A stretch of 62,966 nt of DNA, filler included, from Stramenopiles sp. TOSAG23-6 (GCA_900128565.1; 8 parts of 8 records of this genome joined end to end with filler, not necessarily neighbours in it); one strand, 5' to 3'. Positions 23,545 through 35,027 are shown, counted from the first letter of the whole stretch. Notes: generated by a model not told the origin, from the sequence alone. Program-made: numbers and translations.

Positions 23545-25167
23545 GTTTCCTTAAAACAATGGAAAATTTAAATTTACGTAAAAATAATATAGGGTGTAAC
23601 CGACACCGACTTCGACCGAGCCAACTTCAAGAATTTTTACAAAAAAAATGTATAATTATTAACATAGATATTGCAAATCGTTTATGTAAGTGTTTTTTCC
23701 GAAATTTTCATTTTTTTGAATTTTTTTTTGTACGAAATTTTGTACCTAATCAATTTTTTAGATTTTTTCAAAATATTTTTCAACATTATATGTAAAATGG
23801 CAGGGACATTTAGTGATGGCAGAGTTAGTTTTGAAGAGCTAAAGGCTGCTGTGAGAGGAGCATCATTAATAATGGATGTATGTTTTAGTTTTTTTTCAAA
23901 TTCCATTTTTTTTTTTTTTTGAAAATTTTGTACCTAACAAAAAAACATTTGAAATATTTTTCCAAAATACATGCGGAATCGTTTCATATTTTATTAGCAA
24001 AAAAAGAAAATACTTTACATAAAACAAAAACCGAATTAGAAGCTCAAAATATAAAAAATATGGAAAATCATGCTGTTTTTATGAGTGAAGGAAAACAAAA
24101 TCTAAAATATGAAATTCAGGATTTACAGACTCAACATGTATGTTTTATTTTTTTTTTTTTTTACCGAAAAAAAAAAATCGAATTTATTTTTCATACGAAA
24201 TTTTGTACCTAACGAATTTTCAATTTTTTTTTTGAAATATTTTTCCAAAATACATGATGATATTATTCAACGAGTACATGAAATCAAAAGAAATGAATTT
24301 GAGAATTTAGAAAAAATGTATCAAAAACAGATTAAAGAAGCCACAGAAAGACATATAGGTTTTCTTTACGAATTTCAATTTTTTTTTTTTTTTTCATTTT
24401 GAATTTCAATTTTTTTTTTTTTTTTTTCATTATGAATTTCAATTTTTTTTTCATACACAATGGTATACCTAACAAAATAACACATAAAAGATATTTTCTT
24501 ACAATGTATGTTGAATCTTTAATGGAAATAGAGCAGAATAAAGCATTTAGAACACATGAGGGTACATTTTATTTTTTTTTTTCAATTATATTTTTTCGTA
24601 GTTAATTTTGTACCTAACAAAAAACAATTCGATATAATTTTTCATTACACAGCTTTAGATAATTGGAGAAAAGGAAGAGACGAAACCGTCAAGCGGTTAC
24701 AAATTTCCCATGGCAAAACATACGATTCAAAAAAACGATTTTTAGCATCAAAAAAACATGCAAAAATCAAAGCGTTAGAGAAGAAATTTCAACGTCAATT
24801 TGACACACATTCTGCATTATTGAAAAAAATGTATGTTTTTTTTTTTTTTTATATTTTTTTTTTTGCGTAAAAAAATGTTATACCTAACAAAAATTGTACA
24901 ATTTTTTTTATTTTAATTTTTTTTTTGTAGTACATTTTATACCTAACAAAAATTGTACATTTAAAAAAATATATTTTCATACAAAACATTCATCAAACAA
25001 ATATAAAACATAGATTAGAAGAAAATATTTCAATTTTACGGAATGAACGTGAGCTGTTGCTTTCTCAAATGAGGAAGGAAATCAGTGGAAATTCTATTAA
25101 AAAGGAAGAAATTCAAGAAGTAAACAATTCATATGAAAACAAAACTATTTGGGAGTCTGATGTATAA
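23545..25167 (+). CDS. 3' part of an EF-hand-like/coiled-coil protein with 7 short exons
   Basis: Continuous frame after removing introns 23686-23791, 23878-23972, 24138-24255, 24355-24509 (AT-AT), 24562-24652 (GT-AG) and 24831-24989; DGRVSFEEL motif; stop at 25165-25167. Confidence 0.7.
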
Positions 25168-25374
25168 TATATAAGATTTCTTGTGTTTAAAAAGGAAGAA
25201 ATTCAAGAAGTAAACAATTCATATGAAAACAAAACTATTTGGGAGTCTGATGTATAATATATAAGATTTCTTGTGTTTAAAAAGGAAGAAATTCAAGAAG
25301 TAAACAATTCATATGAAAACAAAACTATTTGGGAGCCCCAGGAGTCTGATGTATAATATATAAGATTTCGTGTG
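25097..25374 (+). repeat. Three tandem 90-bp copies spanning the last codons, stop and start of the 3' UTR
   Basis: Unit starts at 25097, 25187 and 25277; the third copy has a 9-bp insertion. Confidence 0.9.
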
Positions 25375-25555
25375 AATAGTGTGAATGGGCTAAATAGTAT
25401 ATAATCTTATATACGATAACTATTGCCAACGGCATTGTATTCATTGAACCAAAACATTTAGAAAAAAAAAAAAAAGAATAAAAAAATTGTTTTTTTTTTC
25501 ATACGAAATTTTGTACCTAATGAAAAACAAAAAAAACGTTTCGAACCTTACTTTA

Positions 25556-26389
25556 TTATTTCTTACTTGTTGTATTTAATATATCCATAACAGAACGAAC
25601 TCGTTTTGAACTCTCTCTACAACACTGTTTCCATTGAGCATCATCTAAACCAGGGCCACCAGGTTTGTGTACAGCACAGATATGCCCGAGTGAGTTGCGA
25701 ACTATAGTGACTTTGGAATTTCCAAATAATTTTTCTTCCTTACCTGACAGATCAATAATAATTTTGTCATCAAATCGGCCAAAAGTTGACGAAATTGGTA
25801 TATGTTTAATAGTCAATGGTGTTGATGTACCATTTGGTGTCATTACGATACATCCTGTTTCTTTATCTAATTCAACGCAAGGAATTCGTGTATTGCGCAA
25901 TGCGGCTAAAGATGCAAGTAATGCACAGTCTTCAACGTTACCATCATGGTTTAAACACAACACATCAAGACGAATAATCCATGAATGCTTTCCCTTATTG
26001 ATACACAACGATTTCAAATCAATAGCCTCAGTACTTGAAATGCTTCGGGTAATAAACTGTGATAGAGTAATAGCTTCCTCTGGGGACGCACCTAACGTAA
26101 AGCGCTCAGCACAAATTGGCCACAACTGCACTTGAACATCAATTTCACCCTGATCCGCTGCATCCTGCTTTGGTTGTATAATTTCAAGTTTTACACCAGC
26201 GACTACTGCAGTATTCCCGATGTATGCTAATGCAGAACCATCTGCTGTTGATATTGAACCTTCACTGACAGAAATGTGACGAACGTCCAAGAGATTTCTT
26301 CCATCCGGTCTGACACTCTTCTCCACAAAACGACGATAAAACTTTTCTGGGTATATCCGTTGAAATGCAGCTACACTCTCACATGCCAT
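25556..26389 (-). CDS. EXOSC8: Exosome complex component RRP43 (RNase PH family)
   Basis: FQRIYPEKFYRRF...RPDGR...GSISTADGSAL, DLKSLCI..GK.SW, LNHDGN, HKPGG. Confidence 0.9.
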   Translation of the reverse strand: MACESVAAFQRIYPEKFYRRFVEKSVRPDGRNLLDVRHISVSEGSISTADGSALAYIGNTAVVAGVKLEIIQPKQDAADQGEIDVQVQLWPICAERFTLGASPEEAITLSQFITRSISSTEAIDLKSLCINKGKHSWIIRLDVLCLNHDGNVEDCALLASLAALRNTRIPCVELDKETGCIVMTPNGTSTPLTIKHIPISSTFGRFDDKIIIDLSGKEEKLFGNSKVTIVRNSLGHICAVHKPGGPGLDDAQWKQCCRESSKRVRSVMDILNTTSKK

Positions 26390-27087
26390 TTCAAGTATGC
26401 TTGTGAGTAATCTACAATAATAATAATAATATCTAAATTGTTTATAGTATAGTACAACTTGTACTTATCACAAAAACGACGTACTTACTATAAGTTACTT
26501 CTTCACTATATTATTGATTGCATTGATCATCTCTCACCAAAATTTTCTACTGACTCATTTTTGAAGCATTTTTGAAAAACAAACAAACATTTTTCAATGA
26601 TTTCTGTGGAGTTGGAACCCGGTAACAGTAACAAATTCAACAATGATAATTAACAATGATAATTTAGTATTTCTGGTAATAGTAATTACATATATGGTAT
26701 AGTAGTAGGAACTATAGATAGGCCAAAAGGTGGCGGAAAACGACATGGAAAGCAAATCAGACAATGCTTTGAACATCAACAAAGATGACGTTTTTTATCA
26801 GAATTTGTCAGACTTAGACTAGACATCCATAATTTGTGCATGGAATTGCTAAACTAGGCAACACAAACACACTTTGTCAATTTAAACTTTATTTTTATTA
26901 AATCAATATAATATCTTTGATATAATCACTTAATTTCTTATAATATACATGTTTAAGATGAAGATTAACTAAGTTATTTAGTTCATTTTTGTTTAGTACA
27001 TAAATGTACGCTCGTCGGGCTCCTTTATACTTTTCGAAAATTCCTTCACCATATATTGGAACTTTCTTAGTTATTTTGTTTTGAATC

Positions 27088-27810
27088 TTAAATCCTTTTT
27101 TTTTTTTCAGGATAATATGCCCATAAAGTTGGGTTTAATACATGAAGGTTTTTTCTTTTTTCCTCAGCTTTATATCCATGAATGTCATCCGGATTTGAAT
27201 ATATATACCATATTGGAAATGGATCTTTTCCTTTTTTATATTGTTTTATTGTATATGCTGGATTCAGACATTTTCTGCGTGATTGTTTTGAATAGTGGAT
27301 TTTCATTGCAGTTTTTTGACAATCCTCACAAGGACATCGTGTACCTATAATGCTTCCTCTGCAAGTTTCCAACCCCGCTTGTAATAAATATGGTATTGGA
27401 TCAATTGTATGTGCTACTTTTGTTATGCTTTGTTGAATTATCTTGTCATTGTTTACTTTTTCAAATTCTGACTTATTATTTGATAAAAATATTGACACCA
27501 CATTTTTTAATTGCAGGAGTATGTTTTGTTCCGTGAAACGTGGTTTAATTGTTTTATTTATACGCGTACGTTGTTCTCCCTTTATGAGTTTTTTTACATT
27601 TTTTTGTACGAACGTTAGTATTTGGTTTATGTTTTTCATTTCTTCAAAATTCGTTCGTTCTTGTAATACGTTTTGCATTTTATCCAGTAATGAAATGACG
27701 TATTTTTCCTTAGAAATTGCCTTCGGCACAGCTTTAACGGTTAGCACGTCATTTTCTTTCGCAACCGCCGGTTCTGCATCTCGAACTGCAACAAGTTTCT
27801 TATTTTCCAT
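27088..27810 (-). CDS. Hypothetical Lys-rich protein
   Basis: 240-aa ORF with a small Cys cluster (CRG...CPCEDC); no recognised family. Confidence 0.45.
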   Translation of the reverse strand: MENKKLVAVRDAEPAVAKENDVLTVKAVPKAISKEKYVISLLDKMQNVLQERTNFEEMKNINQILTFVQKNVKKLIKGEQRTRINKTIKPRFTEQNILLQLKNVVSIFLSNNKSEFEKVNNDKIIQQSITKVAHTIDPIPYLLQAGLETCRGSIIGTRCPCEDCQKTAMKIHYSKQSRRKCLNPAYTIKQYKKGKDPFPIWYIYSNPDDIHGYKAEEKRKNLHVLNPTLWAYYPEKKKRI

Positions 27811-28174
27811 TTTACTTTATATACTGATATTTAATTTCACGATGTTTTTTGTAGTGTTTCATAAATGTTATATTATTGAAATGTACATAATCTGAACGAT
27901 AAAATATTTTATATTAGTTCCGCCAAAGTATTGCAACTACTTTTTTTTCGATAGAGTTCAAAAAATAAAGGTCCTTTGAAGTGTTTTTAAAACACTTCCT
28001 AAAAATATAAAACAAACCTGCTTTGCTTATAATATTGAAACTGTAAAAAAAACAAAAAACGAACAAGACAACTTTTTAGTACTACTTTAATTCCACTTAA
28101 CTTAGGTGAAATTCCTTCACTGTAGTGAGTGTATAATACTATAGAAATGAATCAGTAGAGAAATATAAAGTAGG

Positions 28175-29443
28175 ATGCGCACAAGTAAAGAGATAGAGTC
28201 AGATACAACATCACAAAAAATACTGTTGAAAAGCCAAGGAAAAAAAGAACTTTCAGAGTTTTTCACAATTGTTCCACCAAACACTTTTCATCCTTCAACA
28301 TTTTTTGTACCATTATACAATGGTGGTGTATGTAAAGTTGTTGTTCCTCAAGATGTACATCCTGGTGAAACAATTCGAGTCATGAAAGAAGAAAAAACAT
28401 TGATTGAACATCGATCTCTAAGAGGGTATAAATCTGGTTCCTCTACGCCAAATGAAGAAGATTGCGTTTGGTATTCACAAAAATTAAATACTTCTCTTGA
28501 CTTTTTGACTAGGTTACCATTACATTGTTGCTATCCACGTTTCTTTTCTTGTGTACCACCTATAAATACTAACGATACCTCTCAAAAAAAGTCAAAAACA
28601 ACAAAAACAAAAACAAAATCAAGACGAGTCAATTTAGAGACAAAACAAATGATAAATGCAGAAATTTCTGTCAGGGCACCAAAGAATGTTAGAGGTGGCG
28701 AATTAGTCCGAATTAGGAAAATTAATGAAAATCAATGGGAAGCTAGTTCATTAGTTTCATCGAAAGATATTATATTTCTTATATGTATTGATATAGACCC
28801 TAACCCTAACTCTAAAAGCACAAATGAAAAACAAATACAAACCCTAACCCTAACTACACCGGATGGAAGAAAATTACGATTTTCTTTACCCACCCTAAAA
28901 GACCAAGAAGTACAGCACAGTAGACACCAAAATAAAAACATTTTACGAGTAAAAATATCAAAAAATAGTTATAACCAATGGATTATTGACACACAACAAT
29001 GTCAAATACCAATAGAAAACCCTAAAAAACCTAAAAAAAATAACAAAACTAAAAATCCTAAACAAAAAACACAAAAAATAAAAAAAATACCTAGATACGA
29101 AACGAATCAAACATATCAAATATCTCGAAAAAAAAACAAATCTGGATTTTCAACGGGAGAAATATCAATTATTAATAAAATAGTACACGAACGAACGCAA
29201 AAACAAAATTTTGAAAAGGTAAAAACAAATTATTGGGAAAACTCTCGCAAACGAATTTCGAATTTAGAAAACAAATTAGCCACATCTGAGACTCGAAATA
29301 ATGAACTTTGTAGGAGTCTTCGAGCAACTCGAATGGTTGAGTTCGAAGTAATGATGAATGAATATTTTGAGGAAATTAAGAGATTGCGAGCTTTACTTGA
29401 TCACCATAATATAGATTATCAGATAGTAGAGAAAGAGAGATAG
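28175..29443 (+). CDS. Hypothetical protein with C-terminal coiled coil (weakly IQCE-like)
   Basis: 422-aa ORF; the C-terminal TRMVEFEVMMNEYFEEIKRLRALL resembles the IQCE coiled coil. Confidence 0.55.
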   Translation: MRTSKEIESDTTSQKILLKSQGKKELSEFFTIVPPNTFHPSTFFVPLYNGGVCKVVVPQDVHPGETIRVMKEEKTLIEHRSLRGYKSGSSTPNEEDCVWYSQKLNTSLDFLTRLPLHCCYPRFFSCVPPINTNDTSQKKSKTTKTKTKSRRVNLETKQMINAEISVRAPKNVRGGELVRIRKINENQWEASSLVSSKDIIFLICIDIDPNPNSKSTNEKQIQTLTLTTPDGRKLRFSLPTLKDQEVQHSRHQNKNILRVKISKNSYNQWIIDTQQCQIPIENPKKPKKNNKTKNPKQKTQKIKKIPRYETNQTYQISRKKNKSGFSTGEISIINKIVHERTQKQNFEKVKTNYWENSRKRISNLENKLATSETRNNELCRSLRATRMVEFEVMMNEYFEEIKRLRALLDHHNIDYQIVEKER

Positions 29444-29662
29444 ATATTTATATATGATACGTAGAGTACAAAAATTGTCCATTATATACGTCATACCCAA
29501 TAAAACAAATTATATATGTACGAATTTGATATAGATTTAGTCTTTAGAAATTCAGAAATATAGTATAATAATAATAATATTAAATTTTTGTTTTTTTTTT
29601 ATTTTGTTTTTCTTTTTTTTTAATTTCTTTTGATTTTATTAAACACTTAATTAAAAGGCCCC

Positions 29663-30277
29663 TTAGCGCAACCTGCGGTTAGACCCATTCGCAAGAGTCG
29701 CCTGATATGCCTCCATTGTCTCAATCGGAAGAGTCGCCAGATATGCCTCATATGTCTCCTTCAAAGCAGTCTTCGCCGCAATAAGAGCCTCCTCCGCCTC
29801 CTGATATACGTCTTTTGTCTCCTTCAAAGCAACCGCCGCCGCATTAACAGCCTCACCCGCCTCCTTCTTCGCATGAGAAAGTTGTTGATTATATGCCGCA
29901 GCAACATGATCCTTCAAAGCCAAACTCTTCTTCGCCGCCGCCAGTTTCTGCGCCAGTTTCTGCGCACACCCATAACTAGCCGCCTCCGCATCGGTCAAAG
30001 TAAACATAAACATACAAGCAAAACGCTTCTCAGTACAAATCGGAATTTTTGAAACCCAAGANCATAAATGAATACTTTTACACTCTTTTTCATCCACATC
30101 AGGCCGCCACGCACAAATATTCTTAAAACACTTCTGAGTAAGCGAATCCCAATTACAATGAAGATCATCCCGGTGTGTTTTACAAGTTTTTTCTTGAGAA
30201 ATAACGGTACAATTCGCATGCGCCATTGTTTGGACTGCAAGTCCTGCAAATAATGTTGCTTTGAATAGTTTGCTCAT
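29663..30277 (-). CDS. Small secreted Cys-rich/Ala-rich protein
   Basis: MSKLFKATLFAGLAVQTMAHA signal-like start, Cys-rich region, Ala/Glu helical tail with a short internal repeat. Confidence 0.65.
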   Translation of the reverse strand: MSKLFKATLFAGLAVQTMAHANCTVISQEKTCKTHRDDLHCNWDSLTQKCFKNICAWRPDVDEKECKSIHLXSWVSKIPICTEKRFACMFMFTLTDAEAASYGCAQKLAQKLAAAKKSLALKDHVAAAYNQQLSHAKKEAGEAVNAAAVALKETKDVYQEAEEALIAAKTALKETYEAYLATLPIETMEAYQATLANGSNRRLR

Positions 30278-30552
30278 GTTGTGACAATTTTGAAAATACT
30301 TGTTGAAAGAGTTTAGCGATTGATTTGAGATTGAATTGGTGATTTTTGACTTGTATCGAAATGTCCTATCTTCATCATAAACATCCTGTAACGGCAAAAG
30401 CACCGTATCACCGACCCTCTCCATCATTGAATTTCCATTATCGAAATAATTCTCCACTTTGTACAAACTTTTCATTTCTCTATTGATATGCCTATTCATT
30501 ACACGGTTTACAATCATTCATAGGAGACATTCGCATTTAGGATAGAAAAAAA

Positions 30553-31890
30553 ATGAAACTCCACTTGGACGTTGCTCGGAAACACGCTGCACTGACATCG
30601 TTACACATTGGTATCAAAGCACTAGAACAACACTGTAAAAGTTTATTGACGCAACTCTCAAAGACCCCATCACATGAAAAACATCAAAATCTAGCATTTG
30701 AAGCTTTGAAACATGCAAAGGACCAAGCAAAAGTTTATGAAGAAGACCTTAGACAGCAGATAATGACTATGAAATTGAATAGTGCTGACACGCATGAAGA
30801 AACTAAACAACATGCACAGCAAGCTGCAGAATATTTTGAGTCTCACTCAAAAAATGATTACAAGGATATAACTGAAAATATGCACCAAGATAGTCATAAG
30901 CATTCATTTATGTTTAGAGCTTTTGACTTTACAAGATCAAAGGGCAATGCCATTTCTTCGTGCCTTCATGTTGGTGCTCATTACATGTCTGAGCATTGTC
31001 TTCGTTTGCAGAAACATGCAAAATTAAATGAAAAGCATGAAAGCCACAAAACTCACAAGAAACATGCCAGTATAGCAACGCGTTTATCAGCATATGCAAA
31101 TGATCATCTCAGAATATCTTTATCTAGATCACACGTAGCACGTCCAAAGACACCACTAACAAGAAATAAACACGGACATCTTAAACTTACTGAAGAAGTT
31201 ATTAAATTCTTGAAAAAAGCTCAGTTAATGCCATATTCTATAAAATTTGAAATGGCAGGTGTTTGCTCTATGGAAGATATAAAAGCAGCGCAGGATCTAC
31301 ACTCAATATTACATTCTCTTGGTTTGAATGACGTAGAAATCAGACGTCTTCAACGATATGTTTTGGCTCTTCAGAGAGAGAAAGAGCTGTTGGATGATAT
31401 ACAGTACCTAGCTGCAACGTATATACAGGCAATAATGCGTGGTATCCTTATTCGAAATAGGTACATATGGGAAATAAACGAAGTCTGGCGACGAAAACGT
31501 AGACAGAGAAAGTTATATGAACAAAAACGGATGCGAAAACGGATCAAGATGCAAGAGATTGAAGCTGCAAAGCATCACTCAACTAGAATGACAAAGGGTA
31601 GAGAAACATTACACGAACATTCACATGGTTTTCTTTCAAAGATTGCATCTGAAAATAAAATGGAGCCCAATTTTGATTTTTCTACACAAGATCAAAATGA
31701 GCAAAATAAATCAACGCGGATGCTGAATCATTCAAAGCTTTATCCTAAAAATAAAACAAAAAAATATAATAAGATCGCTGCCAAAAAAGTAAAACAAAAC
31801 GAAGAAGACAATGACACGAATTCTTTGTACTTATGTGTCTCCAGACCTGTAGAACGTGGGGATGATCATCATCGGTATTTTTTGCCGTAA
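30553..31890 (+). CDS. IQ-motif coiled-coil protein
   Basis: AATYIQAIMRGILIR IQ motif; His-rich coiled coils. Confidence 0.65.
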   Translation: MKLHLDVARKHAALTSLHIGIKALEQHCKSLLTQLSKTPSHEKHQNLAFEALKHAKDQAKVYEEDLRQQIMTMKLNSADTHEETKQHAQQAAEYFESHSKNDYKDITENMHQDSHKHSFMFRAFDFTRSKGNAISSCLHVGAHYMSEHCLRLQKHAKLNEKHESHKTHKKHASIATRLSAYANDHLRISLSRSHVARPKTPLTRNKHGHLKLTEEVIKFLKKAQLMPYSIKFEMAGVCSMEDIKAAQDLHSILHSLGLNDVEIRRLQRYVLALQREKELLDDIQYLAATYIQAIMRGILIRNRYIWEINEVWRRKRRQRKLYEQKRMRKRIKMQEIEAAKHHSTRMTKGRETLHEHSHGFLSKIASENKMEPNFDFSTQDQNEQNKSTRMLNHSKLYPKNKTKKYNKIAAKKVKQNEEDNDTNSLYLCVSRPVERGDDHHRYFLP

Positions 31891-32157
31891 ACCTTTAATA
31901 ATGTGACAAAAATAAATTCATTGAACCCCTGAAGGACATAAGAATAATTAAAAAATTGATCATAATCAATATTTCTCACCGTACTCTATGAATAATAATA
32001 AACATGTCAAGGACTTCCATAATTTCAATCAACAATTTATTGTACATACACGATAACAAAATGAATAAATACATAAAATAAATACATCTTAATTATAACG
32101 TTTTATTTTATATGTAAAAAAATTAATACTAATAAAACTACTGTACTTTAGCTAGTG

Positions 32158-32722
32158 CTAGCTAGGGTATGTCTTCCAAATAACTTCCATTCGTACATCT
32201 TTTGGATTTCGTGTACCGTCACGAAGTTGCTGCTCAAAGATTTCAATCATTTTCTTAGAATCAAGCGTCGGTGGCTCCCAGCCTAACCCTTTATTATATG
32301 CTTCTAAAGTTGAAAAAAATTGACTTTGAGTGGCGACACATTCTGATGCCGCCATGAAGTTTAGGAAAATATTTTTTTACATTGGATGAATTGCTTTGTT
32401 AGGCACAAAATTTGGTTCAAATAAAAATTATAAAAACAATTTGAAAATTGAAAGCTTACATGACCCAATATTCAGATTGAGGTAGCTCGCCATATTCGCG
32501 ATAGTGTAGATTTGTATTAGTATTCCTTTTGCAATTTTTATTTGCCTCATTATCATAAACTAGATTGCTTAGAATAGTTTGCAATACATCATCTTTGATT
32601 TGTTCTTCTTTTCTTGAAACATCGAGTTTTTTCACCTGTTGTTTTTCATCCCCCATCTTAATGTCTGTTGACATCTGTAGACTATGTATATCTGTATCAT
32701 CGATATTATTACTCGGGTTCAT
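32158..32722 (-). CDS. Hypothetical protein, 2 exons
   Basis: ORFs 32456..32722 and 32158..32355 join (EYWVM-AASEC) through a diverged GT-AT intron at 32354-32459 (GTAAGC...GTGCCTAAC...CTTCAT). Confidence 0.7.
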
Positions 32723-32938
32723 TTAATTAATGAATTATAAAAGACTCAACTAGGAATGGTTTCGTTGTTTTTATCTAGTTCTCTTGTCCTTTTCCTGCTT
32801 CTAGTGGTCTTACAACCGCTTTTGGTTCTAATTTGATTACCTTTTATTATTCAATGTAATAATTATTCATAAAAGATAAAGGGCATCAATGATATAAAGG
32901 CATCGGATCTCTGGTATATGATATTGCAGAGATCGATA

Positions 32939-32981
32939 ATTGAAACATTGAAACATTGAAACATTGAAACATTGAAACATT
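32939..32981. repeat. (ATTGAAAC)5 microsatellite in a divergent promoter
   Basis: Five perfect 8-bp units. Confidence 0.9.
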
Positions 32982-33285
32982 TGGGTGATAATTCTGACTG
33001 ACCCACGAAATCGGGTCTCGATTGATTATATATCGTTACCGGGTATCGGTCAATTTCTTGGCCAACTTCTGGCCAACTTGAGCCTTTCTGAAAGTTTTCA
33101 ATTCGTTTGTGCCCAAGAAAGAGAGAACGAGTCAGTTTGTTTCACCATAAAATTGCATTAATATACACAGCATATACATTATATACATTATAGTAATTAC
33201 ATTTACGTTGCGTTGTTATATTTTTATTCATCCAGGTGTTTTCAATTCATCCGATATATTTGGTTGATTTCAATTGTGGAAAAGT

Positions 33286-34306
33286 ATGCATCCATTCTTG
33301 CGCTTGTCTTCAAAAACAGTGGCTGTAGGAGGTGGTACAACCTTGTTTTTGTATGGTTCTTTTGTCGCCGCGGACTCATGGCAAGGTCGCCCTACAGCCC
33401 TCCCAACATGGTTGAGACCTCTCCATCCATTTGAGAGTTATGCTCATTATAAACAGCTTCGAAGAAGAGAAAGTCAAGTTGTTCCCCCCAAAGTTGATCA
33501 AAAATGGGCACGAACAACTGCTGCTATAGAAATCGCCATGGATACTGCTTTCAGGGGGCCCGTATGGAAAGATGCACAATCTGAAGCTAAAAAGAGATGG
33601 TCTCAAGCAAAACTTAGAATAAAAGATAAAAGAAATAAATTTCGTCAAAAAGTAAAACATGTAAAGAATCGAATGAAACAAACGGTAACATCATCATCAT
33701 CATCATCTACTTCTCTTGGTACGAATAAAGAAATGACTGATGATGATTGGAATACATATTTGACAGAAATAAATGCTCAACATGATGATTCTCAGTGGAA
33801 TAAAAATGAAAATGGAAATCATGATTCAAGTCAAATGGAGTTGACAGGAAACCTAAACAAAAACCCAAAAAAAAATAATAATGAAAACATTGAGAATGTT
33901 GAGAATTTTGATCAAACATTGGAAAAAAAAATGAATCCCAATCCGTTCAAAAAAAACGAAGATCCCCCCAAAAAACAAAGTTTCTTGTCAAAATTACGTG
34001 AACGCTGGCAAGATAGTTTGACAAAATTAGCACCTCTTGGTGAGTCATCGAATGGAAATCATGTAGAAATTTTTTGTGATCCTGACGTAGGTTTTTTTTT
34101 TTTAAAATTTTTTCGTACGAAATTTTGTACCTAACGAAAAAAAAAAAATGAAAACATTTTGAAATTTTTTGAAATTTTTTTTGTACCTAATGATTTTTTT
34201 TTCTTGAATATGGTACACTACATATGCGTATTTTGAAAGTATATGGCAATCTATCGATAAAGCGAATCAACGTGTTTGGTTTGAAATATATACATTAGAG
34301 GATGAT
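33286..34306 (+). CDS. Phospholipase D / cardiolipin synthase-like protein, 5' part
   Basis: Removing intron 34087-34225 gives GNHVEIFCDPDAYFESIWQSIDKANQRVWFEIYTLEDD, typical of a PLD/Cls first domain; the HKD motif is not reached. Confidence 0.7.
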
Positions 34307-34418
34307 GTTTGTTTTATTTTTTTTTTTACAAAAAAATCGATTTTTTTTTTCGTACGAAATTTTGTACCTAACAATTTTTTTTTTAAAGAAAATTTTGAAA
34401 TATTTTTCCAAAATACAT

Positions 34419-34578
34419 TCAGAAATTCTTTGGCCATATACTGGGTTTATAGGTGTTTATATAACAGTGCCAGAATCATCTAAAACATGGAAAGGCATTG
34501 CACGAGGTGATTTAGAGTGTACTGTAATGTCGCCACCTAGGAATGGTAAAAAATGAACGTTTTCATTTCAATTTTTTA

Positions 34579-34618
<40 letters not shown>

Positions 34619-35027
34619 NNNNNNNNNNNNNNNNNNNNNNNNNNNNNNNNNNNNNNNNNNNNNNNNNNNNNNNNNNNNNNNNNNNNNNNNNNNNNNNNNN
34701 NNNNNNNNNNNNNNNNNNNNNNNNNNNNNNNNNNNNNNNNNNNNNNNNNNNNNNNNNNNNNNNNNNNNNNNNNNNNNNNNNNNNNNNNNNNNNNNNNNNN
34801 NNNNNNNNNNNNNNNNNNNNNNNNNNTTTTTTTTTGAAATTTTTTTTTTTAAACGAAATTTTTTACCTAAAAAAAAAAAAAAAAAATATTTTTTCACAAT
34901 ACTTTTAGACTGGAATGGAGATTTTATACATACTAATTTTAATGGTGTTTTTAAAACTTTGATTAGTGCTGGTTTTTATGTTGAAATTCTCTCAACAGAT
35001 TTTAGATGTTTTGATGCGAGTCTTTAT
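34419..35027 (+). CDS. MBTPS1: Internal exons of site-1 protease (subtilisin S1P/SKI-1)
   Basis: Exon 34419-34554 SEILWPYTGFIGVYITV...WKGIARG...TVMSP and exon 34905-35027 LDWNGDFIHTNF...GFYVEIL...CFDASLY match conserved S1P segments. Confidence 0.75.

Noticed and set aside
23545-24989. Nucleosome-sized periodicity of intron insertion
   Set aside because: Exon lengths (141, 86, 165, 99, 52, 178 nt) are too variable and too few to show phasing.
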